This document shows, piece by piece, positions 1 through 10,760 of a stretch of DNA of 64,000 bases. The position numbers and the translations under genes were made by a program. Below the pieces are notes generated by a model that was given only the letters and a program-made list of their open reading frames with translations, ran no database searches and had not been told where the DNA came from. Each line of letters begins with the position of its first letter. Positions within the stretch are counted from its first letter, which is position 1. This stretch comes from an uncultured bacterium. Lineage in GTDB: Bacteria > Abyssobacteria > SURF-5. The DNA lies in contig CAZSKP010000002.1 of the NCBI GenBank assembly GCA_964607485.1, positions 43,907 to 107,906 on the forward strand, written 5' to 3'.

Positions 1-126
1 GTGGAGACCGTGCTGAAGCGAGTGCGTGAGAGTAAGACAGCATATCTGAGGTGGGGACGAGAAACGCTGGGGTGGGCGATTTATGCGTTCAAGAAAGGGG
101 GGCATAGCACATTTCTAGTTGGCTAA
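1..126 (+). CDS. 3' end of a probable class I SAM-dependent methyltransferase (partial, runs off the window)
   Basis: Frame 1 reads VETVLKRVRESKTAYLRWGRETLGWAIYAFKKGGHSTFLVG* (TAA 124-126). The YLRWGR.TLGW tail resembles C-termini of YjhP-like methyltransferases. Confidence 0.5.
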   Translation: METVLKRVRESKTAYLRWGRETLGWAIYAFKKGGHSTFLVG

Positions 127-182
127 CGCACATTATTGGGCATACCCATGACGAGCCAGATGAGAAAAGAGGCATCACCGCC

Positions 183-250
183 TCCGAACAAACCGTTCCA
201 CCGGATCGGCGGGAAAAGGCGCCCGCCTCCCGGTGAACTTCACGTTGTCA
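183..250 (+). mobile_element. attC-like integron cassette recombination site
   Basis: R'' TCCGAAC (183-189), 5-nt spacer, L'' GTTC(C)ACC with one extrahelical C, GC-rich inner stem, L' GGTGAAC, 5-nt spacer, R' GTTGTCA (244-250). 68 bp, downstream of a same-strand gene. Confidence 0.65.
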
Positions 251-395
251 GGCAGAGGGATGAAATCCAGGTCAACACCGCTTCCGGCCTGCCGGAACGG
301 CAAGCCCTGAGCAACGTCGAAGGACGCATCGAAGGGCCCTCCGGGATTCCGAGGCCTCTGCGTCGGCCAGGTCGCTGGTTCTTCTTTGCGCGCGG

Positions 396-1304
396 CTACC
401 GGTTGCAGACGGTTTCGAACGAGGCCTGCTCGAACTGGGCGATGATCTTGTCGAGAACCTCATCGGGCTGGAGCCCCATATCTCGGTACGATGAGCCCCT
501 GCCTATCTTTTCCCACTTCGTCTTTGCCATCCGGTTGTAGGGCATCAGGTGCACGGGGCCCGCATATCCGGCGCGCTTGAGGCAGGCGACGATGCCCTCT
601 ATTGAATCGGCGTCGTCGTTGAATCCGGGAATCACCGGCACCCGCGGGACAATGCGCGCGTTCCCCGCGCGCGAAAGGATGGAGGAGAAATTGCCCAGTA
701 TCTTTTCGTTTGAGACGCCGGTGAGCTTCTTGTGGATGTCGGGGTCGGCGTGCTTGATGTCGTACAGGAAGAGGTCAACCAATTCCAGGAGGTCATCCAC
801 GAGGTCCCGGTCGAAATACCCGCAGGTCTCGAGGGCGGTGTGAAGGCCGCGCCCCTTGACCGCGCGCAGAAGCTCGAACAGGAATTCGGCCTGGAACGTC
901 GGCTCGCCGCCCGAGACCGTGACCCCGCCGCCGGAGGATTCGTAGAACGTCGTGTCGCGCGAAACCCGTTCCGCAACTTCGTCGGCCGACAGCTCCGCGC
1001 CGATCTTTTCCATGGCGCGGTTGGGGCAGGCGGCTGCGCATTCGCCGCAGGTGGTGCACGCCTTGTGGTCTCTGACGACGCCGTGCTCGGTCAGCCGGAG
1101 CGCATCCGACGGGCATGCCTCCGCGCACGCGCCGCAGCCGGCGCAGCGTTCCGCGAAGTAGGACATCTCCGGGTTCGGCTTCTGCGATTCCGGATTGTGG
1201 CACCACTCGCACCGCAGCGGGCAGCCTTTCAGGAACACGCATGTCCGGATGCCCGGGCCGTCGTATATCGCGTAGTAATGGATATCGAAAACGATGCCGC
1301 TCAC
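396..1304 (-). CDS. glycyl-radical enzyme activating enzyme (radical SAM with a 2x[4Fe-4S] ferredoxin insert)
   Basis: [25 protein letters not shown], two CxxCxxCxxxC motifs, SGGEP. Start placed at GTG 1304, just after the GRE stop. Confidence 0.93.
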   Translation of the reverse strand: MSGIVFDIHYYAIYDGPGIRTCVFLKGCPLRCEWCHNPESQKPNPEMSYFAERCAGCGACAEACPSDALRLTEHGVVRDHKACTTCGECAAACPNRAMEKIGAELSADEVAERVSRDTTFYESSGGGVTVSGGEPTFQAEFLFELLRAVKGRGLHTALETCGYFDRDLVDDLLELVDLFLYDIKHADPDIHKKLTGVSNEKILGNFSSILSRAGNARIVPRVPVIPGFNDDADSIEGIVACLKRAGYAGPVHLMPYNRMAKTKWEKIGRGSSYRDMGLQPDEVLDKIIAQFEQASFETVCNR

Positions 1305-1312
1305 GGGATGGA

Positions 1313-3892
1313 TCAGACTCCGACGTGTTCGGACCGCGAGATGATCTCGTTCTGAATCTCGCACCCCAGGTCCACGAAATAGGTGCTGTAGCCGCCGACC
1401 TTGACGATGAGGCTTCGATAGCTCTCGGGGTCCTTCTGCGCGGCGCGCAGCATCTCGGTCGAGGCGACGGTCGGCTGTATCTGCATGCCCCCCATATTGA
1501 AATAGGTCTTGACCAGCGCGACCCATTTCTTCCGGGACTCCCTGCTCCGACCGATCGCCGAGGGATGCAGTCGGATGTTCACGGCGCACCCGAAGATGTG
1601 CTTGAACTCGAGCGCGGCGACCGACCTGAGCACGCCCGTGGGCCCGCATTTGTCCACGTTGTACGGGTTGCAGCTTGCGGCATAGGGCATGGCGGCCTTA
1701 CGGCCATCGGGCGTCGCGATGGATATCCGGCCGTCATACGTGTGCGTGGTCATGCTGTTGACGAAAGGCACGAACGGCCCGTTCTTGAAGCTCCGGTGTT
1801 TGTAGGTCTCCTCGAACAGCCGTGTGCTCACCTGCCGCGCCAGCTCGTCCGATTCGGGGTTCCCGTTGCCCCACTTGCCGTCCACTTCCGCGATCATCCG
1901 ATAGACATGCTCGTATCCCACGAAGTTGTGGTCGATCGCCTCGAGCAGTTCCTTGAACGTCAAGCGCCGCTGCTCGAACACGAGCTTCTTGATCACGTAG
2001 AGCGAGTCCACCACGTTGGCGATGCTGTTCATGAACAGGATGCCGGACAGGTCATAGACGGCGCCGCCGCGGGTCACATCCTTTTTCTTCTCGAGGCATC
2101 CCTGCATGAATGCCGAGATGAACGGAGCGGGCAGCTCGTCGGCGAAAATGCGGTCGCGCAGGTTGGACGAATCGACAATCGTCTTGATCATGTTGGCCGC
2201 CTGCGCGATGAAGGCGTCCACTAGTTGCTCGAACGAAGCGAACGAGTCGGGGGCACCCGTCTTGACGCCGACGTTTTTGACGGCGCCGATGAGCGTCTGC
2301 GAGTCTCCGTTGCGGAGCGCCATGTCGAGCACGCGGCTGAGCAGGATGGCGGCGAAGCCTATCCCGCCGGTCTTCCCCGGCGCGAGCAGGTCGACGCATC
2401 CCGTGATCGCGCTGTCGCGCGCGTCCTCTTCCGTGAAGCCGCGCCGCTTCATCGCCTCGATGCAAATCTCATCGTTCATGAGCGAGACGCTTGAGGTGCC
2501 GTGATAGAGCACGTCCGCCACGGCCAGGTAGAGGTCCTCGGGCGTGTCCTTGTGGAATCGCACGACGACATTGACCGCGCTCTTCGAGCGTCCCGCGGCC
2601 TCGATCAGCACGTAGGTCAGCTCGTTCGTTGCGTCCCTGCCGTCGCGCGTGAGGCCCCCGAGGGTCACCGGCGCGGACCCCTCGTAGCGCTGGTAGAACG
2701 TGCCGATGAAATTCGATTCCGGGCGGATGTTGTGCGTCATGATCTTGAGCAGCAGTTCCTCGAGCAGCTCGCGCGCCTCGTCCCTCGTGATCTCGCCCCG
2801 CTCGACGTCCCGCTTGTAGTAGGGATAGAACATGACGTCGAGTCGGCCGGCGGAATGGACATTCGTGATGTTTGCAAGCTCGGTCGCGCTCGTGACGGTC
2901 CAGAACGACTGAACGGCCTCGCGGAAGCTCTCCGCCGGATAGAGGGGAACTCTCCGGCAGGCATCGAGCATGCGCGCGAGCACCGCCTTCCTGTCGAGGT
3001 CCGTCTCCGCGTCACGTCGTTCCTCAAGCTTTTCAGCCAGCCGTCTCGCAAAGATGATGACGCCTTCGAGGGCAATTTCAATCGACTGGAGAAAATCGCG
3101 CTCGTCCGCGGTCAATCCCTTGTCATTCGCAATTTTTTGCTGCACTTCCTCCTTCATCGCCAGCAGCCCGCGCCGCATCGCCTGCTCGTGGTCGAGAACG
3201 AGATGGCCCTGGTAGGTGCCGGTGACGGCGCCGGTGGATACGAACGTGTACATCTTCGAGGTAGTCGCCGGAAGGGCCGCGGCGAACTCGCGCATATCGC
3301 CCGCGAACAAGCCGGACCGTTTCGTCTCATCCCAGACACGCTCGGCCATGGTGCGGCCTTTCCAGTACGGCAAGAGCTCTTTCTGCAGGAATTTCTTGTC
3401 TTCGGGGTCGATGGTAAACGGATTAATCTCCCGTTCCTCCATCGTCTTGAGCCCGATCTTCGGCATCGCGGCCCCCACCGCTTTCGTGTTCTTCAGGTTG
3501 CGGTATAGCGCGAGCGGACCGTACCGCTTCACCATGTAGGACAGGAATCGAGCGTTCGACTTGAGTTGGTAGGCGGCCATCGAGCGCTTGTCCAGCTCGG
3601 TTTGCAGGACGCCGTTAAACAGCCCGCGCTCGATGTCGATCGGGATGCCGAGGAAATATTCGGTCCACTTGCCGGCGATTCGGTCGTCGGGGTCGACGCA
3701 GTGGGTCATGTTCTCAAACACGTGCTTCATCGCCAGCGCGACGCGGACGCCGGGCGAGAGGCCCGAGCCTTCGGTCTCGCGCCATTTCTCGGTGTAATAC
3801 CTGGCCCGCTCGACCGACACCCACACGATCTCGTCCAGGTATCTCTTCCGGAGCCTCTTGATTCGTTCGCCGGCTTCGTCTCGCATTCGCAT
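1313..3892 (-). CDS. glycyl radical enzyme (PFL-like family), substrate unknown
   Basis: 859 aa. C-terminal LIVKVGGYS Gly-radical loop, GCVD Cys loop, AGRLD, TPDGR. Adjacent activase. Confidence 0.93.
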   Translation of the reverse strand: MRMRDEAGERIKRLRKRYLDEIVWVSVERARYYTEKWRETEGSGLSPGVRVALAMKHVFENMTHCVDPDDRIAGKWTEYFLGIPIDIERGLFNGVLQTELDKRSMAAYQLKSNARFLSYMVKRYGPLALYRNLKNTKAVGAAMPKIGLKTMEEREINPFTIDPEDKKFLQKELLPYWKGRTMAERVWDETKRSGLFAGDMREFAAALPATTSKMYTFVSTGAVTGTYQGHLVLDHEQAMRRGLLAMKEEVQQKIANDKGLTADERDFLQSIEIALEGVIIFARRLAEKLEERRDAETDLDRKAVLARMLDACRRVPLYPAESFREAVQSFWTVTSATELANITNVHSAGRLDVMFYPYYKRDVERGEITRDEARELLEELLLKIMTHNIRPESNFIGTFYQRYEGSAPVTLGGLTRDGRDATNELTYVLIEAAGRSKSAVNVVVRFHKDTPEDLYLAVADVLYHGTSSVSLMNDEICIEAMKRRGFTEEDARDSAITGCVDLLAPGKTGGIGFAAILLSRVLDMALRNGDSQTLIGAVKNVGVKTGAPDSFASFEQLVDAFIAQAANMIKTIVDSSNLRDRIFADELPAPFISAFMQGCLEKKKDVTRGGAVYDLSGILFMNSIANVVDSLYVIKKLVFEQRRLTFKELLEAIDHNFVGYEHVYRMIAEVDGKWGNGNPESDELARQVSTRLFEETYKHRSFKNGPFVPFVNSMTTHTYDGRISIATPDGRKAAMPYAASCNPYNVDKCGPTGVLRSVAALEFKHIFGCAVNIRLHPSAIGRSRESRKKWVALVKTYFNMGGMQIQPTVASTEMLRAAQKDPESYRSLIVKVGGYSTYFVDLGCEIQNEIISRSEHVGV

Positions 3893-3964
3893 CTCGCATT
3901 CCCCCTTTTGTCAAGGGCGAAAACGCTACTTCCCGAAGAGAATAACAGTTCTCATTCCGTTGCA

Positions 3965-3992
3965 GTACGGACAGTTCGCGAACCGCCCGTAT
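3965..3992. repeat. degenerate GTAG-type REP-like palindrome
   Basis: GTACGGACAGTTCGCGAACCGCCCGTAT, an imperfect palindrome centred on GTTCGCGAAC, intergenic. Confidence 0.4.
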
Positions 3993-4062
3993 ACCTTCCC
4001 TTGTACTGACCTGCGCAAATTCGTGTCACTTCGTCCCGCGCGCACATCCCCCTATTGCCGTC

Positions 4063-6492
4063 TCAGCCGTGTCCATATATCTTCCGGGCCACAGGATTGA
4101 ATGCCCCCAGTCCAATCAGATAAATCAATACGGCAATGGATAGCGACAGCGTGAATCCCCATTCCATGCTCACGAGCACACAGGTAAGAGATCCCAACGT
4201 CGTGGTAACTGCATTGATCCCCCAGGCCCAGGGAATTATCGTTTCGTCCACAAGCTGTGTCACGCGCAATCCGATCGGAAAAGGCATACCCATCAACATG
4301 GCCAGCGGCGCCAGAGCCAGTATGACCACCCCACAGCGAGCCGTTTGCGAGAGGAACATCAACTTTGGGATACAGAAGTTTATGAGCATCATTTCGCCGA
4401 CGATGGCCGCAACCAAAGCGAGAATCACCAGTATCAGAGAACTGGCGCTCGGTCGAGCCAATCGTTTGGAGAGCAGGCTTCCCACGCCGGAAAAAGCCAA
4501 GAGTGCCGACAACGTGACTGCCATCGAATATACGGGTCCGCCAACGAATACGGTATACTTCTGCAGAAGCACGATCTCCACCGTTATGAAGCCCAAACCC
4601 AATGCTCCGAAGTAAACGAATATTCGTCCCTTGTGGGGCACCTCGCGCAATTTGTCCCTTCGTGTCATCAAGGGCCCGATAACAAACACAGCGGCCAGTA
4701 TCAAGATCTGCACGAGACTTACAAGAAGCACTGCCAAGGCCAGAGGAATATGCTCCAGTCCATACCCTCCATGGCTTGCGGATGGATGAAAGAGCTGCTT
4801 CCAGCGATAGAAGCGAAAGAAAAATGGATTGTCATCGCTGCACGGGCGGATGTCGTAGAGGTAATCATCGATAAAAGCAGCGCGCTGGTTTATTGGGCTG
4901 CGAATAAGGCTGTTAAAAGCGTTGACTTGTTCCTGGTACGGGTCATAGAGAATATCAAAGCCCATATAACGAGCCCATCCACGAAGGGTCTTCACCTCCG
5001 AGATGGTAAATGGGACCTTCTTCAGAAGTGTCTCACCATAGCGAGTCTCAACTCCTTCAATCTCCTGAGTGGCAAATACCATAATTTGCCGCGAGGGATC
5101 CTCGATTCCTTCGCGTCGGAGAGCTTCTATTTGAGTCGACGCCAGCCGAAGCGTTTCCCTTGGCGGATCGAATACCCACCGATGTATTGCAAGAATGCCA
5201 TCATCCGTAAGATGCTGCCAGTAGTCCCGCATCGCTGCTGTCGTATAGAGGTAGTTCTCCGTTAATACATAGGCGCCCGACGATAGCGCTGTGTATGTGT
5301 CCACACCGGTTAACTGGATAACGTCAAACTTCTCCTCGGAGGCGGTGAGGTAATGCCTGCCCTCCACGTTTACCAGTCGTACGTCGGGTCGATGAAAGAA
5401 GAATCCATTGAAATCGGCATATCGATTCTTAATGACGTCTACTGTCACAGGATTAATCTCGACTCCCACGACTTGTCTCGCTCCGTAGTAAATCGCCGTC
5501 AACACATCCAGACCTCCGCCCACGCCGATCACCAGCGTCTGAGCGGGATTTGCCTTTACTACAAATGGAGCCACCCTCAAATCGTAAGCCAGTATCGGCA
5601 AGGATTTCACCTCACCGTTGGGGATTCTGTACATGTGAGTAGGAGCGCCGCCGTCCTGAAAAATCATGCGTGTGAACGGAAGATAGCCCGCATAATTGCG
5701 TGAGAGCATCATCTCCCATGACAAAGACAACTCCATAGGGTTCCCGACATCAATACGCGCAACCGTGTGCCAACGATAATAGTGCGGCTCCATCGCGGTT
5801 CGAAACATCTTCCCTGGGGGAGAGTAAACAGGAAAGATTTCATTCTTGGACGCCAACAGCGTCAGCAACGTGGCCAATCCCAGCGTGAGCATCGCCGCGT
5901 TCTTCAGCCTGCGACTATCTGTCTTCAACGCGTGAATCACCGCAACCAGCCCGGCCACGGCAGCGGCACCATAGATTGTTGCCTCGGCGCCCAGATAATT
6001 GACCCCCAAAATCGAAAGCAGGGCGCCTGCTCCCGCGCCCAGCAGGTCCGCGAAGTAAAACCTATTAATGGCCTCTCCGGCTCTGGAAATGAGATAACCG
6101 ATGCAGGTTCCCGCGAAGAAAAACTGGGCTCCGATGACTATGTAAAGCAAAAGCAGGCTATATACATTGCTGTAGTCACCGTATGTGTATGCGTCCATTG
6201 GATAGAAACGCACCTTCGTGGCCGTGAAAAAACCGATTACTATCGCCAAACTGAATGCCAGCGCAAAGCATCCGACCACTCGATTGTCAATCTCTTTGCC
6301 TGTAAAGCGCGGCGAAACGGTCAGATAGCTGCCGGCTGCCCCAAAACCCAGCAAGGCCAGACTGATAATGAGATAGGCAAAATGGTACCAACTCATAAAG
6401 GAGAACACTCGCGTGAGAGCGACTTCGACGACCAGAACGCTCATTGCCAAAAGGAACAATGCTACTGACGCCCTGCCGGAATCACGCATCAT
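4063..6492 (-). CDS. polytopic membrane protein with a central spermidine-synthase-like SAM-binding domain
   Basis: N- and C-terminal TM helices flank LVIGVGGG, VEINP, EGRHYL and FDVIQL. Start at MMRDSG is approximate. Confidence 0.85.
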   Translation of the reverse strand: MMRDSGRASVALFLLAMSVLVVEVALTRVFSFMSWYHFAYLIISLALLGFGAAGSYLTVSPRFTGKEIDNRVVGCFALAFSLAIVIGFFTATKVRFYPMDAYTYGDYSNVYSLLLLYIVIGAQFFFAGTCIGYLISRAGEAINRFYFADLLGAGAGALLSILGVNYLGAEATIYGAAAVAGLVAVIHALKTDSRRLKNAAMLTLGLATLLTLLASKNEIFPVYSPPGKMFRTAMEPHYYRWHTVARIDVGNPMELSLSWEMMLSRNYAGYLPFTRMIFQDGGAPTHMYRIPNGEVKSLPILAYDLRVAPFVVKANPAQTLVIGVGGGLDVLTAIYYGARQVVGVEINPVTVDVIKNRYADFNGFFFHRPDVRLVNVEGRHYLTASEEKFDVIQLTGVDTYTALSSGAYVLTENYLYTTAAMRDYWQHLTDDGILAIHRWVFDPPRETLRLASTQIEALRREGIEDPSRQIMVFATQEIEGVETRYGETLLKKVPFTISEVKTLRGWARYMGFDILYDPYQEQVNAFNSLIRSPINQRAAFIDDYLYDIRPCSDDNPFFFRFYRWKQLFHPSASHGGYGLEHIPLALAVLLVSLVQILILAAVFVIGPLMTRRDKLREVPHKGRIFVYFGALGLGFITVEIVLLQKYTVFVGGPVYSMAVTLSALLAFSGVGSLLSKRLARPSASSLILVILALVAAIVGEMMLINFCIPKLMFLSQTARCGVVILALAPLAMLMGMPFPIGLRVTQLVDETIIPWAWGINAVTTTLGSLTCVLVSMEWGFTLSLSIAVLIYLIGLGAFNPVARKIYGHG

Positions 6493-7089
6493 CACAATCT
6501 CCACTCGATAACCGATACGTCTTATGGTGGCAAAGATGTCCCTTGTAAGGTCCCATGCTATCCGACCCGAGTAGATAAAGCAAACCAAGACACGACAAAC
6601 GAGGCATGTATGTCTTCAGACTGTTCGGGACACTTTGCTATCGGAATTGGGTTACAGGATCGGCTTGCTTTGCAGTATCGTATAGCATCCCCTCTTTGTT
6701 TGTCAACCACCGGGTAAACTCCGTTTGACACTTCCTTGTTTATAAATATATAATTAAGTTCATTTATAGTCATATCGCAATCAGCATGCCCGCATGAGAA
6801 GAGAAAGCAATGAGAAAATCACTTGCAGCGGTTCTTCTGGTTGCGGCGCTTCCATAGAAACGGCGATTCAAGAGCGTCGCGGTCGGTCTTCACCCCATAA
6901 ACTGCTCCGTATATAATGATAGAAACTTGGGCCAGTGGTCGCTGAGGAAGGAGCAGTGACCAGTATTGTGCTGAGATCTGTAGCGTCAGGAATATCAAGG
7001 CCTTGTGCTCGGTTTGGATAAACAATGAGGACCTTTCCTCACCCTCCATGCGACCCTTTGGCTGGGCGTTTATCTCCAGAGCTCCGAGC

Positions 7090-7225
7090 CTGCGAGGTGG
7101 TAAGAATAGGTACGAAAATCGTCCAAGAAGGGGAGCCACCAGACTATATTGCTAAAGGTAACGTCTATCTCTTGCTGAAACCGCACGGGAAGACACTTGA
7201 ATTAGGTGGGAGCATCTTTTGGTTA
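7090..7225 (+). pseudogene. possible cNMP-binding domain fragment
   Basis: Translation GTKIVQEGEPPDYIAKGNVYLL...LELGGSIF resembles the CAP_ED motif. No credible full gene. Confidence 0.25.
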
Positions 7226-7293
7226 GCGGGGCGCCTCGGCGTGCGGGTTTCGTCTGAAAATCACACTTATCTGAATGACAAAGAGATATTTGT

Positions 7294-7815
7294 TTATCCG
7301 ATTTTCCGGATTGGATCTGTGCCGTCCCAGTTCTCCGCAGCCTTGCGGACATATTCGAAAAAATCCCCTTTCGGGCCGCTGACGTCAGAAAGCTCAATCA
7401 CCGTGCCGGGATGCATTTCCGTATCAAAATAGACGAAGCGGCCTCCGGCGGTGAGCCCTTCGTGCCCAACTTTGAATCCCTGGGCAATCAGACGGTCATA
7501 GTCCTCCTGGTAGGACGTGGTCCAATAAGACATATGATGCAGCCCTTCGCAGCCTGATCTCAGAAAATCGCGGTACATGGAGGGCACATCGTTGCGCTGC
7601 TGGATGAGTTCAATCTGCAGATCTCCCGTATTTGCCAGTGCAATGCTCATTTCCAGGTCGAACGGTTCCCCGTGATAGCGGAAATACTCGAGGTGCACAC
7701 GTTCCGAATAGAAGAATGGCCCGATGCCTAAGACTTCGGTCCAATGCTTCAGCGCTGCCTCGATATCACGCACCACATAACCGTTCTGACAGACTTTTCC
7801 AAAAAAACGGCTCAT
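7294..7815 (-). CDS. VOC/glyoxalase family protein (methylmalonyl-CoA epimerase-like fold)
   Basis: QNGYVVRDIEAALKHW, QIELIQ, GLHHMSY, TVIEL. Confidence 0.88.
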   Translation of the reverse strand: MSRFFGKVCQNGYVVRDIEAALKHWTEVLGIGPFFYSERVHLEYFRYHGEPFDLEMSIALANTGDLQIELIQQRNDVPSMYRDFLRSGCEGLHHMSYWTTSYQEDYDRLIAQGFKVGHEGLTAGGRFVYFDTEMHPGTVIELSDVSGPKGDFFEYVRKAAENWDGTDPIRKIG

Positions 7816-7872
7816 AATCTCTTTGTCCTTTTGTTAGTATTCCTCGGCGGCGTGGTCGTTCTTGGGTTCAGC

Positions 7873-8670
7873 TCAACCTTTTAGTGATTGCCCGCCGTCA
7901 ACGATGATGGCTGTGCCGGTTATGAATTTTGCCTCGTCCGACGCCAGAAAGAGCGCCGCGTAGGCAACGTCCCATGCATCCCCCATGTGGTTCATCGGAA
8001 CGGCCGATTCGCGCATGCGGATCAAGTCGGCTCTATCCATTCCCGTCCGGTCCAGAATAGCCTCGATCGCCATAGGAGTGTTGATGAACCCGGGCATGAT
8101 GCAATTGCAGCGAACGCCCTGGTGCGCGTACTGCATCGCGATATCGCGTGTGAGACCATTCACGCCCGCCTTTGACGCGGAATATGCCACATATGGATAG
8201 GGCACGCAGCGGATCGCCGCCAAAGACGAGATGTTCACGATGGCGCCGCTTCCCTGCTTCTGCATGTAAGGAAGCACGTGTTTGCACGTGAGAAACATGC
8301 CCTTGAGGTTCGTTCCGACGACCTTGTCCCAATCTTCTTCGCTTAACTCGACCGGGCCGCCTCCCTCGCCTATGCCGACGTTGTTATGGAGGATGTCAAC
8401 TCTGCCGTAGGTCTCGGCGCATTTGTCCGCCATCCGTTTGCAGTCAGACGACTTTGTTATGTCGGCGCCGAATGCAAATGATTCGCCACCCTCATCATCG
8501 ATTAACTTCTTCGTTTCCATGGCCGACTCGAGCCTGTTGTCCACCAGCATCACCTTTGCGCCCTCACGCGCGAACAGGATTGCCGTCGCCCTGCCGTTGC
8601 CCATGGTCTCACCCGGTGTTGAACCTGCGCCTACTACGATTGCCACTTTGTCTTTCAAACGGTCGCTCAT
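7873..8670 (-). CDS. short-chain dehydrogenase/reductase
   Basis: GAG...GNG Rossmann motif, HNNVG, YSASK, PGFINT. Start MSDRLKDK. Confidence 0.93.
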   Translation of the reverse strand: MSDRLKDKVAIVVGAGSTPGETMGNGRATAILFAREGAKVMLVDNRLESAMETKKLIDDEGGESFAFGADITKSSDCKRMADKCAETYGRVDILHNNVGIGEGGGPVELSEEDWDKVVGTNLKGMFLTCKHVLPYMQKQGSGAIVNISSLAAIRCVPYPYVAYSASKAGVNGLTRDIAMQYAHQGVRCNCIMPGFINTPMAIEAILDRTGMDRADLIRMRESAVPMNHMGDAWDVAYAALFLASDEAKFITGTAIIVDGGQSLKG

Positions 8671-8747
8671 TGTGCATCTCCTTGGGATGATAGGCATCTG
8701 CAATTAACCGGATATTTCCGGCACGGAGAAGCCTTGTACCCAAAGCG

Positions 8748-9137
8748 TTAGCGGCTCTTCTGCTCTTCAAATTCTTCGATTGCTTCTTTGGCCACCTTCA
8801 GGGCTTCGATGGCCGCGGGGAACCCTCCATAGATGGCCACCTGCACAATCGCCTCTCCAACCTCCTCCTTCGTCGCGCCGGCCTGCAGGGCGTACAGGAT
8901 ATGGCTGCGAAGCTGCACCGGCCGGTATAACACCGTGAGCGCCGCTATGGCGCACAGTTGCCGGGTCTTCCAAGGGATCACGCTTCGCGAGTACAGCTTG
9001 CCGAGCACGAAGTTGCCGATCTCGGCGGCAAGTTCGGGATCGAAGAACGTCATCAGTTCCTGAAGATTCGCCACGCGCCCTTCGTTCATCCGCTCCTTCG
9101 CGGTCTCCCGCGCAACCTCATCGATTTTGTCTTCCAT
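8748..9137 (-). CDS. carboxymuconolactone decarboxylase (CMD/AhpD-like) family protein
   Basis: KTRQLCAIAAL...QLRSHI..AL.AGATKEEV.E...YGGFPAA. Confidence 0.9.
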   Translation of the reverse strand: MEDKIDEVARETAKERMNEGRVANLQELMTFFDPELAAEIGNFVLGKLYSRSVIPWKTRQLCAIAALTVLYRPVQLRSHILYALQAGATKEEVGEAIVQVAIYGGFPAAIEALKVAKEAIEEFEEQKSR

Positions 9138-9198
9138 TAATAACTCCTTTGTCCATTCATTAATCTGATTCCGCCAACATTCTCAATGCAAGTCATGC

Positions 9199-9639
9199 TT
9201 AGTCTCCCATGGGGAGTTGAAACAATTCGACGACCACTCCATCGGGTCCATACATTGTGATTGCTTTTGCGAGTCCTGTATCCTGCGGGGGACATATGAA
9301 CTCGACCCCTTTTGCGCTCAGTTCCTGATAGGCGGCCTCGACGTCATCGACCAAAAACGCGAGATGGTGGATCGCATGGTCATAAGGCCTCAACTTCTTC
9401 GCAACGTTTTCGCCGCGAGGGTTCTTGAATTCAAGAAGATTCAGGCGCGCCCCCTTGCCTAAGAAGAGCACGTAGCGCATCTTGATTTCCTTCAGGCCGA
9501 ACATGGCCTGAATAGTGGGGTCGTTCTCCAATTCCATATCCATCATCACTTCGAGCCCCAGCAGGCCGCAGTAGAAATCCAGCGCCTTTTCCATGTCGCT
9601 CACGCTGATCGCAATGTGCTGCACTTCGCCGATCTTCAT
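9199..9639 (-). CDS. VOC/glyoxalase family protein
   Basis: HIAISVSDMEKALDFY, HHLAFLVDDVE, GPDGVVVELF. Confidence 0.9.
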   Translation of the reverse strand: MKIGEVQHIAISVSDMEKALDFYCGLLGLEVMMDMELENDPTIQAMFGLKEIKMRYVLFLGKGARLNLLEFKNPRGENVAKKLRPYDHAIHHLAFLVDDVEAAYQELSAKGVEFICPPQDTGLAKAITMYGPDGVVVELFQLPMGD

Positions 9640-9655
9640 CTTTGGCTCCTTTCTG

Positions 9656-10651
9656 CTACGGAATCTCCATCACAAGCTTGACCTCGTCATTCGGGCCACA
9701 GAGCCGCTCAAAGGCTTCCGGCAGCTCGGTCTGAGAAACCGTTCGGCTTATTATCGGATTCACATCTACCTTTCCGCTGCTCACAAGTTCAATGCAATGG
9801 CGGAACTCCTCCATATCGCATCCATATGAGGTTTCAAAACATATTTCGCGCACAAGCAGAAGCGCCGGGTTTATGTTGATATTCTCCAGACAAGCGGCCA
9901 ATAGCAGCACCCTGCCGGCAAAGCCAACCATATTGAATGCCTCTTCCAGCACTCGAGGCTGTCCCGAACATTCCACGAGGGCGTCAACGCATGGATCGAG
10001 CTCTTCTCGTGAGATTTCAGCGAGGTCCTCCTCGACAGGGTCCACAACGCGGTCTGCCCATCGTTTTGCCGTTTCCCTTCGTCGACTCGATGGTTCGCTC
10101 ATCACAAGCCTGCGAACGCCCGCGTCCCTGAGCAGTGCCGCGACGAAGAGCCCGATCGGTCCGGCGCCAGTCACCACAACACCGTCGCCTTTGCCGATGT
10201 GCGCGCGCCGGATGCCGTGAAGGCTTACACCCATGGGCTCCAGCACAGCCGCCTGTTTGAATGTAAGATTGTCGGGAATCCGCGCGAGCATGCCCTCTTT
10301 TGCCGCCACATATTCAGAGAATCCGCCTCTCACGTCCAAGCGGGTCGGACAAATATGATGCCGTCCACGCCGACACCAGTGACATTGGCCGCACGGAATC
10401 CGGCCGAGAATCGCCACCCTGTCACCGATACGGAAACCTTCGATCTGTTTGCCGACCTCCACGATTGTTCCCACGCTCTCATGGCCCATCCTTACGTTCG
10501 GGCTGAGCGAGCCGTGTTTATACAGATGTAAGTCTGTCCCGCAGATACCGCACGCCGCCACCTTGATCAGCGCCTCATCGGGCCCTATGTGCGGCTCAGG
10601 TGCTTCTTCGACCACCAGCTCATGAGCATTCTTGAGCACTATTGCTTTCAT
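9656..10651 (-). CDS. Zn-dependent alcohol dehydrogenase (MDR family)
   Basis: CGICGTD, GHE, CGQCHWC...C structural Zn site, GAGPIG. Confidence 0.93.
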   Translation of the reverse strand: MKAIVLKNAHELVVEEAPEPHIGPDEALIKVAACGICGTDLHLYKHGSLSPNVRMGHESVGTIVEVGKQIEGFRIGDRVAILGRIPCGQCHWCRRGRHHICPTRLDVRGGFSEYVAAKEGMLARIPDNLTFKQAAVLEPMGVSLHGIRRAHIGKGDGVVVTGAGPIGLFVAALLRDAGVRRLVMSEPSSRRRETAKRWADRVVDPVEEDLAEISREELDPCVDALVECSGQPRVLEEAFNMVGFAGRVLLLAACLENININPALLLVREICFETSYGCDMEEFRHCIELVSSGKVDVNPIISRTVSQTELPEAFERLCGPNDEVKLVMEIP

Positions 10652-10760
10652 GATAAAGCTCCCGCTTCTTCATTATTGTTTCTGTTGCGCCGGTCATCGT
10701 TTCTCGCGCCTGTCGAGTGAGAATCCGACCGCAGAATTTGGGCACGTCCAACCCGCCGGC

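Noticed and set aside
136-540. ORF 136..540 spanning the attC-like site
   Set aside because: Low-complexity translation that crosses the palindromic site and overlaps the activase antisense.
1305-1649. N-terminal extension of the activase in the ORF track
   Set aside because: It overlaps the GRE C-terminus in another frame. Activase homology starts at about 1304.
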